Below are positions 52,862 through 61,455 of a stretch of 64,000 nucleotides of DNA, piece after piece. Below the pieces are notes generated by a model. The model did not search any database, was not told the DNA's origin, and saw only the letters and a program-made list of their open reading frames with translations. Positions within the stretch are counted from its first letter, which is position 1. Each line of letters starts with the position of its first letter. Both the position numbers and the translations under genes were made by a program. Source of the stretch: Candidatus Bathyarchaeota archaeon (GTDB lineage Archaea; Thermoproteota; Bathyarchaeia; Bathyarchaeales; Bathycorpusculaceae); assembly GCA_963806535.1 (NCBI GenBank), contig CAWDYC010000006.1:125545-189544 (forward strand), written 5' to 3'.

Positions 52862-54004
52862 TTGTTATTGGATTATGAAACAATGCCTCAAATAATCTTT
52901 AGCCCGAAAAAAATTGAAGGCTACCTGTGCATGTCCTCTGAAGGTGGAGGTTTAAGCTTTGTTCCCAGTGGTGCGAAGGCTCTTCGAGTATTAAATCTAA
53001 ACGCTGCTTCTGGAGGTATGACTAATAACGTTTATTCGTTTCTGGTTAAGTTTTCAATAAATGGAATTGAACGCCATTTTGATCTTATTTTAAAAACTTA
53101 TCCTAAAAACATCGATTTATTATTTCAAACCTGTCGTCCAAATGAAGACATTAGAATTCACGTAAGAGAATTCCAAGCACTTAGAAGTCTGGAAAGCGCA
53201 GGTTTTCCAGTACCTCATGTCTATCTTTGCGAATCTGACTCTTCTTTCCTAGGCTATCCTTTTGTGATTATGCAAAGAGAAAAAGCCTTAATGCAAAGCA
53301 CAGACAATTTGGATTGTTTTGCTAAGACTCTTGCTCGACTTCATAATTTGGACGCGAACTTGTTAGATATTCAATCAATTAAATTCCCTCAGGATAACCT
53401 TGCCTATGCGAAAGAGTGGCTAGCTCATTTAAAATACGCAATGACCGCGACCAGGCACTACAGATGTCTCAAAAAAGATTTCGAATATGCAATTAGATGG
53501 CTTGAGTTGAATTTCTCAAATAGTTTCTGCCCACGATATAGTCTGATTCATGGTGAATATCATCCAGGTCATACCATAATGACGAGTAATAATACAATGA
53601 AAGTAATTGATTGGGAGAGAGTGGCCATTGGTGACCCAGCCTTTGATGTTGGATACGCGTATCATATGGTTAAGCTTATGTGCGACTTAAAAGGATCGAA
53701 TTCAGGCGATGAGGCTGCTGCTTATTTTGTCGCTCAATACTCGAAGAACTTTGAGGGTGATGTTCAACCTAGACTCAAATTCTATAAAGTGGTCGGAATT
53801 TTGGGAGTTACTATAGCGGTTAGCTCGTTTATGTCAAAACCGTTGGAAGCCTATAAACGATTTGGCTCCAAAACATTAGCGCGTTCGCTTGCTTTTCCAT
53901 TTTTGCCCTCTATTTTTTTGGCAAAAAAATGGATGAACTCTGATTTTGTTGTTTCTTATCTGCAATATTGCCAGAATTTTATCAAAGAAACTCTAAAACA
54001 ATAA
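52862..54004 (+). CDS. APH/choline-kinase-family phosphotransferase (paralog of 39965)
   Basis: LILKTY, REFQAL, LIHGEYHPGH, IDWE...GDPAFDVGYAYH. Confidence 0.82.
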   Translation: MLLDYETMPQIIFSPKKIEGYLCMSSEGGGLSFVPSGAKALRVLNLNAASGGMTNNVYSFLVKFSINGIERHFDLILKTYPKNIDLLFQTCRPNEDIRIHVREFQALRSLESAGFPVPHVYLCESDSSFLGYPFVIMQREKALMQSTDNLDCFAKTLARLHNLDANLLDIQSIKFPQDNLAYAKEWLAHLKYAMTATRHYRCLKKDFEYAIRWLELNFSNSFCPRYSLIHGEYHPGHTIMTSNNTMKVIDWERVAIGDPAFDVGYAYHMVKLMCDLKGSNSGDEAAAYFVAQYSKNFEGDVQPRLKFYKVVGILGVTIAVSSFMSKPLEAYKRFGSKTLARSLAFPFLPSIFLAKKWMNSDFVVSYLQYCQNFIKETLKQ

Positions 54005-54225
54005 GCATAGGCATCGTTTTGGGCTTCATAGAATCAAAAGGGCCGAGTTTCCTGATAACGCTCTTTCTCCAAATACAGTTGAGACAAATTAGAAATACTT
54101 TTTATCTTAAAAGTTGATTAAATATTAATTAGTTGCACTTCGGTGTTCTTTAGCTCGTGATTTTTCCCCAGATCGGCCAAGTTTGAAAACATTAAACTTA
54201 ACACGTTCTTGAAGCAGGTATACTT

Positions 54226-55083
54226 ATGCTCTTGTTCGATTCAATTAAAGAAAACAAAGAATTTATTCGAGCCATTATTGCTAAACATGGATCAAACGCT
54301 AATGCCAACAAATCATTATATGATTCTGAAGAAGTGGTAAATCTTTTCATTCCTTATTGTGATTTGCAAAAACCTGAGGAAACAATATTTGCAGAATTTC
54401 GAGAAAAACTTCACACCATGAAGATGCTTGATATTGGGGTGGGCGCAGGACGCACTACTGTTCACTTTGCTGGTTTAGCCAAAGAATACTTAGGGATAGA
54501 TTGCGCAAGCAATATGATAAAAGCGGCCAGAAAAAAATTCGAGAATTACCCCCAGAACATTTCTTTTGTGACTATGGATGCTAGTAAAATGAATCTTTTC
54601 AAGAATAACTACTTTGATTTTATTCTGTTTAGCTGGTGCGGAATAGATTACGCAGAACATGATGTTCGATTGAAAATCTTATCAGAAATACATCGTGTTC
54701 TTAAAATTGGGGGATTCCTTGCTTTTCAAACTCATAATTTAAATTACCAATTAAAAAACTGCTCCATTGAGTTATCCAAAAATCCATTCATACTTTTACC
54801 CAGAATTAATCATCTTCTGCAAATAAGATTGTTAAATAACAACGATACGTGGAAAACAATAAGAAACAGCTCTGGAAAAAAACGTTATCTAATTTTTCGA
54901 GACGAAACTCATAATTTTAGATTGATAACATACATTATTAGTCCTATTGAACAAATCAAACAACTAACCCTTTTAGGATTTACAGATATCAGAATTTTCG
55001 ATTTACAAAATGGAAAAGAAATTCGGAATCCAAATTCAACGACAGATCCATGGCTATATTTCGTAGCGACAAAAGCTGTCTAA
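54226..55083 (+). CDS. Class I SAM-dependent methyltransferase
   Basis: MLDIGVGAGRTT, FDFILFS..GIDY, EIHRVLK.GG. Confidence 0.9.
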   Translation: MLLFDSIKENKEFIRAIIAKHGSNANANKSLYDSEEVVNLFIPYCDLQKPEETIFAEFREKLHTMKMLDIGVGAGRTTVHFAGLAKEYLGIDCASNMIKAARKKFENYPQNISFVTMDASKMNLFKNNYFDFILFSWCGIDYAEHDVRLKILSEIHRVLKIGGFLAFQTHNLNYQLKNCSIELSKNPFILLPRINHLLQIRLLNNNDTWKTIRNSSGKKRYLIFRDETHNFRLITYIISPIEQIKQLTLLGFTDIRIFDLQNGKEIRNPNSTTDPWLYFVATKAV

Positions 55084-55534
55084 GAATCAATTATTTTCTT
55101 CTCAAATGATTAAAGCGAAAGGACAAACTACCTCAATTGTTCTGAATGTCAAAACGGCAAGTTAGTGAATAATCATCATACACATTTGAATATTAGCATT
55201 GGCAAAATTATTTTTTAAAAAAGAGGCGTTTTTTTAGTTTGCCTAGGCGATGAATTTAGTGTCTGAGCTATTTGCTGAAGTGCAAATTTTATTGAAATAG
55301 ACAAACCTTTTAGACTCCTTTTGTGAGTTCTTTTCGGCAATAAATATCGTCATCGATCAACTGTTTTTTCTGTATTTTCATTAATCCTACCGAAGGATAG
55401 GAATCTTGAACTAAAACAAGTTAACCGGCTCTGGCTAGTTTTATAACAAAAGCAGAACAATGCTTTTATTGAAACGTTTCTACTTGATATGAAACTACAG
55501 GCGACCGATTCCATACGACAAGGCTTGCCATTAT

Positions 55535-57136
55535 TTGAGTAGGATAAGGGAGGTTGGTTTCGTGGATAAAGCAACAGAAATGGGCAAAACTTCAGCAGTT
55601 GGTAGTGTACATTTGTTTCTTGGGGTTTCGATTTCTAGTATTATACTGGCAATTGGGACAGTAATTCTTGGCATATACATTCTTCCGGGCGCTTATGGAC
55701 TTTATGCTGTTGCTCTAATACCGATAGCAACTCTTTCACTACTCCAGGATTGGGGTATAGGTTCTGCTTTGACAAGATTTTGCGCCAAATACAGGGCAGC
55801 AAATGATACGATAGGACAACGAAACGTTATAAACGCAGGATTAATTTTCGGGGCTATCACGGGTTTGGTTTTGACTGTAATATCTTTATCACTATCCAAT
55901 TTTTTTGCTTTCACAGTTTATAACAAACCAGCTTCAGCGCTCCTAATCGCTTTCTCATCAATGACAATTTTTCCTGCAGCACTAATTTCTGGCATAGGAA
56001 GCATATTTACAGGTTTTGAAAAAATGAAACTTAACAGTTACTTAAGTGTGCTTTACGCCATCATGTATGGAGTATTAGCTCCCTTGCTTGTCTATTTTGG
56101 ATATGGAGCCGAAGGTGCCATAATAGGTTACGTTACTGCTATCATATTTCAGGCTGTAGTTGCGTTACTCTTTCTGTATTTTTTTATACTAAGAAAACTT
56201 CCTCATCCTAAAACAAGCAGGTCTGAGATATTTAGAACACTAAAGCCATTACTAAGATACGGTATCCCTTTGGGCATAGGTAATCTCATAAGCAATTTGG
56301 GAACTCCTGTTTTCTCTTTTCTTATGGCTACGTATGTAGATGCTTCAGTCATAGGAAACTATAAAATTGCGACCAATTTCGTGGTTATCATAACTTTTAT
56401 TACAGTTCCAATAAACAACGTTTTATTTCCAGCATTCTCTAAGATCACTAAAAATGAAACTAACCTTGTCAAAACCGTATTTGCTTCATCTATCAAGTAT
56501 GCTAATCTTTTCTTAATTCCAGCAACATTAGCCCTAATTGTACTTGCAAAACCACTTATTGGTACCCTTTACGGAAACAAATGGCCCTCTGCTCCGCTTT
56601 TTCTCGCATTAAGCTTAGTATTTTACTTGCTCTCGCTTTTTGGTAATCGTAGTACATCGAGTATCTTGTCTGCTTTTGCCGAAACAAAACTTTTAATGAA
56701 ACTGAGTTTGCTAAGTCTAATTATTGCAATTCCAATGGCTTTTCTTTTGGTGCCTTGGCTAGGCGTAATTGGACTAATAATAGGTCTCCCAATCGCGGCT
56801 TTGCCAAGCACATTCATAGCACTTTATCTAATATGGACTCATTATGGAGCCAAAGCTGACTTTGGCGTCTCAGCGAAAATCTTCCTTGCATCTACCCTTT
56901 CTACAGTTGCGGTTTATCTTTTCGTCAACTTTTTCAATGTTGCATACTGGATACTATTAGTGGGAGGGGCAATACTTTTTCTAGCTGTCTACATAGTTTC
57001 CGCTCCATTAATGGGCGCGATCAATCAGTCAGACGTTAACAACCTTAGAACTATGTTTTCGGGCTTAGGTATAATATCAAGAATACTGGATATTCCATTA
57101 AAAATAATAAGAAAGCTAACAAGAAATAAAAAATGA
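55535..57136 (+). CDS. Oligosaccharide flippase (Wzx/MOP family)
   Basis: About 14 TMs; YGLY, DWGIGSALTRF, IGNYKIA, VLFPAFS, WLGVIG. Confidence 0.9.
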   Translation: MSRIREVGFVDKATEMGKTSAVGSVHLFLGVSISSIILAIGTVILGIYILPGAYGLYAVALIPIATLSLLQDWGIGSALTRFCAKYRAANDTIGQRNVINAGLIFGAITGLVLTVISLSLSNFFAFTVYNKPASALLIAFSSMTIFPAALISGIGSIFTGFEKMKLNSYLSVLYAIMYGVLAPLLVYFGYGAEGAIIGYVTAIIFQAVVALLFLYFFILRKLPHPKTSRSEIFRTLKPLLRYGIPLGIGNLISNLGTPVFSFLMATYVDASVIGNYKIATNFVVIITFITVPINNVLFPAFSKITKNETNLVKTVFASSIKYANLFLIPATLALIVLAKPLIGTLYGNKWPSAPLFLALSLVFYLLSLFGNRSTSSILSAFAETKLLMKLSLLSLIIAIPMAFLLVPWLGVIGLIIGLPIAALPSTFIALYLIWTHYGAKADFGVSAKIFLASTLSTVAVYLFVNFFNVAYWILLVGGAILFLAVYIVSAPLMGAINQSDVNNLRTMFSGLGIISRILDIPLKIIRKLTRNKK

Positions 57137-57323
57137 TAGTGAAGCCCATTTTTATGTAATTCAAGGTCGCTTGTGCTTAGTTCATCCGCTTACTCCATTC
57201 CAGAACCAGTAACGCTTGTTACATACCTTCGTTTCTCAAATTAGGTCAAGTTAACAATAAAGAAAAGGGGAATTTCCTTATTTTTATTTTCGAAATAACA
57301 ACTGAAATTATTGTGATAAGAGG

Positions 57324-58736
57324 CTAGGGATTGATGTATAATGATGGGTCTGCAAACCATGCATAGGCATTATCAGTTACGTCTCGCGCATCAAACCATG
57401 CGACCACGGAGCTAATCTGTACTGGGCTGCAAGTGTGGACTCCATTGGTCGTAACATAAGTGTAGTAATTAGTTGGAACATAAACATCCCAAGTTACTAA
57501 TGTCCAGTCGTTTCCCCATGGTACACGGCAAGTTCCCGCCACGTTTTCGGCGTCATTTGGATGTCCTGCTTGGTGCCCTACACTATCAACAGTTGCTATT
57601 CCCGTTCCCTGCGAACTGCTTAAGTAAAAGTCTAACCCGATTCTTGCGCCAGAATATGAGTCTTTACTTGAAAATGCCGCTGTTTTAATCCAAGCGGAAA
57701 ATACTATGTGGTCGCCTGGGTTTACGCTTAACCATGCTCCGTCTACTTCCCGTGTGCCTCGAACGTAATCTGGACCTACTTTGATGCTTGGATTTCCATT
57801 GTGACTAATTGAATTGTCAAGAGTCGTGTAAGACGAAGCTGCACCGTTCATGTCTGGATAAAAAGCGTTTAGTCCCTCCAAATTGTTTGGAGCTGGGGCT
57901 GGGGTGGGAGTTGGAGTTGGTTCAGGTGTCTGAGTTGGAGTAGGGGAAGGTGTTGGCGTTGGATCTGGTGTTGGGATTGGTGTAGGTGTTGGAGTAGCTG
58001 TCGGGGTCGGACTTTCTGTTGGCGTTGGTATAGGGGTAGGTGAAGGCGTTGCAGTTGGGCTCGGTGTCGGATCAGGGGTTGGCTCTGGTGTGGCATTTGG
58101 TGATGGTGTTGTTGTAGGCGTTGGTTCTGGCGCTGCAGTCGGAGTAGGAATCGGCGTAGATGTTGGCGATGGAGTTGATGTGGGCATCGCAGTTGGACTT
58201 GGTGAAGGATTTGGGGTTATCATAATAGGACTGGGAGTGGGGGTTGGCGTGGCAGTAGGTGTTGGCGTTGGGTTATCGGTTGGAGTTGCAGTAATGGAAG
58301 GTGTAGAAATGGGTGAAGGTGATGAAGTATCAGTTGGGGGTAGTAAAGTTGCATATAGATTTGATGTTGGATTTGGCTTTATGCCAGGTAAATGTAGAGA
58401 ATTGGTTGATGTCGTTGAGTGTATAATCGGTGTTGGTCCTGGAGTAGGCGTTGGAGTACCTGTCAGTATTCGAAGATTTAAATCAATTGCAGTTGAATTT
58501 TTGACGGGGTCAGGTGTTATCCCTTGGGCGGCCGTCACAATAAAGATTGACACCATACTTACTACTAATAATAGGCTTATGAAGAAAACTGCCGGTTTTT
58601 TAAGATTCTTAAAGCTGATTTGATACAGCTTCTTCATTTTGGAACTTAACGAAAATAGTAAACGAAAAAATAAACCAAGAAAAAGAACCAATAGTTTTTC
58701 GAATTTGCGACTACTTATCTTTTGATATTTTTTCAA
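57324..58736 (-). CDS. Secreted long-PT-linker protein with CBM-like domain (paralog C)
   Basis: [19 protein letters not shown]...[14 protein letters not shown]...NAYAWFADP; long PT linker. Confidence 0.8.
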   Translation of the reverse strand: MKKYQKISSRKFEKLLVLFLGLFFRLLFSLSSKMKKLYQISFKNLKKPAVFFISLLLVVSMVSIFIVTAAQGITPDPVKNSTAIDLNLRILTGTPTPTPGPTPIIHSTTSTNSLHLPGIKPNPTSNLYATLLPPTDTSSPSPISTPSITATPTDNPTPTPTATPTPTPSPIMITPNPSPSPTAMPTSTPSPTSTPIPTPTAAPEPTPTTTPSPNATPEPTPDPTPSPTATPSPTPIPTPTESPTPTATPTPTPIPTPDPTPTPSPTPTQTPEPTPTPTPAPAPNNLEGLNAFYPDMNGAASSYTTLDNSISHNGNPSIKVGPDYVRGTREVDGAWLSVNPGDHIVFSAWIKTAAFSSKDSYSGARIGLDFYLSSSQGTGIATVDSVGHQAGHPNDAENVAGTCRVPWGNDWTLVTWDVYVPTNYYTYVTTNGVHTCSPVQISSVVAWFDARDVTDNAYAWFADPSLYINP

Positions 58737-59040
58737 TTCCTCTCTCTCTCGCGTTGCTGCAATCCCTTAAACACTTGTTATGTTTTTAATATTTTTTTGA
58801 GAATTGAAATTACGTACTTTGTCAAGTTCAGCAAAACGGGGTTTATTGTCTTTAACAAGATTTGTTAACTACACTTAACAAGCAAGTGAACGATTATTCC
58901 CCATTAAGGAAGGCTTAGATGAAAGTTTCTTGGTACCTGGATGTTTTCTTCCGTTTTATTCTGGCAGAGATTTGAAGATTATGATGGTTAATGTATGAAG
59001 CAATAGACGGCAGTTATTTTTTAAGCAACTTAGATTGCAT

Positions 59041-59206
59041 TATTCATTTTTCTTCACTTATTTTGACTTTATTTGACTTTTCTCGACTTATTTTAACTTT
59101 TATTGACAATTTTTGACGCAACCTGCAAACAAACCAAAGCCTAAATCAGAAAAGCAACTCAAAACACAAAGAACAAAAAATGCACAAAAAATCCGTCAAT
59201 AACTTG
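59041..59206 (-). repeat. Non-coding element, copy 2, with eight degenerate 10-bp tandem units (59041-59120)
   Basis: tattcatttt/tcttcactta/ttttgacttt/atttgacttt/tctcgactta/ttttaacttt/tattgacaat/ttttgacgca, then a region homologous (inverted) to 11329-11415. Confidence 0.75.
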
Positions 59207-59240
59207 CTGCATAAGTCCTGACAAGGCATCCGTCTTGGAG

Positions 59241-59966
59241 TCAGGGGCAATGTTGTTTGTACCACATTTTCATATATGAATTCACTACATCTCCGTGGTA
59301 GCAGTTTCTCGCTGAGTTGAAGCTGAGGATTTCTCTGTTTTTTTCATTTAGATTGTAATAAGTGATTTCTGAAAACATGCTTTCTTTGTCTGTGACTTCT
59401 TTGTTTCCGAAAGCTGCAAGTTTTGATGCTTCGTTGACTGCGTTGCCCATCCAAACTACTTCTCCTACGCTGCTGCCTTTGTAGCCGGCTTTCACTGCTA
59501 AGGCTTTCCCATATGACACTCCAATGCCGATCTTTATTTCATTTATGTTATTTTTCTTAAATTTGTAATTAATTATGTCAACCAATGTGGAGATTTTTGC
59601 TCCAGTAGAAAAAACCTCGTCAACGTCCTCTTGATATGGGGTATTAAAAACGCCCTTTACACAGTCGCCTACGATGTTTATTTCTGCACACTTTGGGTTG
59701 CCATTCATGACTGCCATAACTTCAGAAATGGACGCTCGGTAAAGTTTAACGTGCGCAATGTTTGTTTGAGAATCGGTTAGTTCGGGTGACTTTCGTATAT
59801 CCACGCAGAGGACACAACATTTAACGTAGAATCCATTGATGTATGTTAATTCGTTGCGGGATGGGATCTGGTCTCGTTCCTCATAACTGCTGTCTTGGGC
59901 GGATAGTATTTGGTTGATTCTGTCAACGCTGTCTTTTACATTGTACTCTGCATGGTCAGTTTTCAT
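59241..59966 (-). CDS. Stand-alone class III nucleotide cyclase (adenylate/guanylate cyclase fold; PycC-like)
   Basis: Metal-binding CVDIRKS and IVGDCV, IGIGVSYG, WMGNAVNEASKL; no TM or sensor domain. Confidence 0.85.
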   Translation of the reverse strand: MKTDHAEYNVKDSVDRINQILSAQDSSYEERDQIPSRNELTYINGFYVKCCVLCVDIRKSPELTDSQTNIAHVKLYRASISEVMAVMNGNPKCAEINIVGDCVKGVFNTPYQEDVDEVFSTGAKISTLVDIINYKFKKNNINEIKIGIGVSYGKALAVKAGYKGSSVGEVVWMGNAVNEASKLAAFGNKEVTDKESMFSEITYYNLNEKNREILSFNSARNCYHGDVVNSYMKMWYKQHCP

Positions 59967-60060
59967 TAAGTTTCATCTCATCTCCAGCCAGCCGATTGAT
60001 ATGAGTCTTGCGCTTGCTATCGCTAAGATTCTTTCGCCTAAGGTTGTTCACTCTTGTTGT

Positions 60061-61002
60061 TTAAACAATTGATGAGGTTCTCTGAACTTGAGCGTTTACA
60101 GCATCAGCCAAAGCTTTACACGCTGCTTGCCTAGCATCTAACGAGGTATCAGTCTCCAACTTTACTAGCTCTTCACGCAAACTCTCCATTTGCCCCATAA
60201 CAGCCTTCTTTTTTGCCTCATAATCCTCATCTAGTTTACGTTGATCGGCGGCAAAATTCTGCTGTTCACTCTCTAGCTGATTTTTGGCAGACTTTAGGTC
60301 CAGCCTCATTTGGGGAACTTTATCATCAGTCTTCTTTTTGAGAATTTTCCGTTTACTATCCTCTTCTACTTGGCTTAGAACCTGACGTTCCAGGTCGCGC
60401 ACACGATTTGAAAGTCGTTGAAGTTCCGAGTCTTTTTCATCGCTGAGTTCTCTCGCTTTTTCAGCATACTCCTTATCCGTTTCCACAAGAAGATGATTAT
60501 GCTCAGTTAAGGCCTTCGCAACCGTAGAAATGTTTGATTCCTCCATTTTCTTCTTTGAAAATACATTTCCAACTTCAAGAACAATCTGCGAACGATCCTT
60601 GACAAACTGCTCATCCACCTTTACTTCAGAATCAGACTCAAAATCCGAAATCACCTGATGTAGATTAGTAAGCCAAGCATCGTAGTTTTCAGAAAAAGGT
60701 GAAGTATAAAAAACCTGGGACCCAAGCTGATTTGACTTTTTAACCGTTTTCTCCGCAAGCTCTTTTACATGAACTAAATTTCTTTCTGAAACTGACTCAT
60801 CACTCGCGGGTAATTGAGGTTTTTCTGCTCCCATCAGCGCTCTTAACGAGTTGATTTCCTCCTTCAAAGCGGCGATATCACTTGCTAAGACGTTAGATTT
60901 AGCTTCCGCTATTCTTTTGAGTTCTTCTATTTCTGCCAAAAGGTTTAATTTTTCAGACTCCAAATTTTTAAGTTTATCAACTGTATTCTTAAGACTACTC
61001 AC
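60061..61002 (-). CDS. Coiled-coil hypothetical protein
   Basis: E/K/L heptad-rich; GTG start at 61002 after GAAAGGGGGA (track start 61122). Confidence 0.75.
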   Translation of the reverse strand: MSSLKNTVDKLKNLESEKLNLLAEIEELKRIAEAKSNVLASDIAALKEEINSLRALMGAEKPQLPASDESVSERNLVHVKELAEKTVKKSNQLGSQVFYTSPFSENYDAWLTNLHQVISDFESDSEVKVDEQFVKDRSQIVLEVGNVFSKKKMEESNISTVAKALTEHNHLLVETDKEYAEKARELSDEKDSELQRLSNRVRDLERQVLSQVEEDSKRKILKKKTDDKVPQMRLDLKSAKNQLESEQQNFAADQRKLDEDYEAKKKAVMGQMESLREELVKLETDTSLDARQAACKALADAVNAQVQRTSSIV

Positions 61003-61455
61003 TTGAATATTCCCCCTTTCTTCTTGGGACACAATATCTTTTTTTACACTTAAAACTTTTGCATCTATGACCGGTAAACAACAACGCTGGGCTGCAAAAA
61101 CGAGGCCCAATGCGCTTAGCATGATTTGCCCACAAAAAATTCAAAGCCAATTACAAAATCGCTAAAATATTAACAGGTATTCTTGAACCATATAAATAAT
61201 ATTTCAACAGTTTTTTTAAAAACATTGCTTTTTATAAAGAACAACATTTCAAATATAACAATTCTGATCTGATGCTAACGACAATCAAACAATTTAGCGC
61301 TATTTATGAACAGATTTATAAATAGCTATGGACAACTAGGCAAACAAATCAGTATTGAGGGAGAAGGGGAAGATCTCAAGTGAAAACAATCAAAAGAATT
61401 AGCGCTAAGGGTATTCTTTATTGCCTCTTCTCCACAGCTGCAAATTCAGTCTCTG

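Noticed and set aside
55245-55290. C/D-box sRNA or fluoride riboswitch (GGCGATGA...CTGA...CTGA)
   Set aside because: Imperfect C box, second guide too short, and no riboswitch pairing partner visible.
58090-58623. Gly/Val-rich ORFs (also 49095-49352 and 15056-15295)
   Set aside because: Antisense shadows of PT-rich linkers.
59041-59120. CRISPR array
   Set aside because: Units are 10 bp, degenerate and have no spacers; no cas genes.
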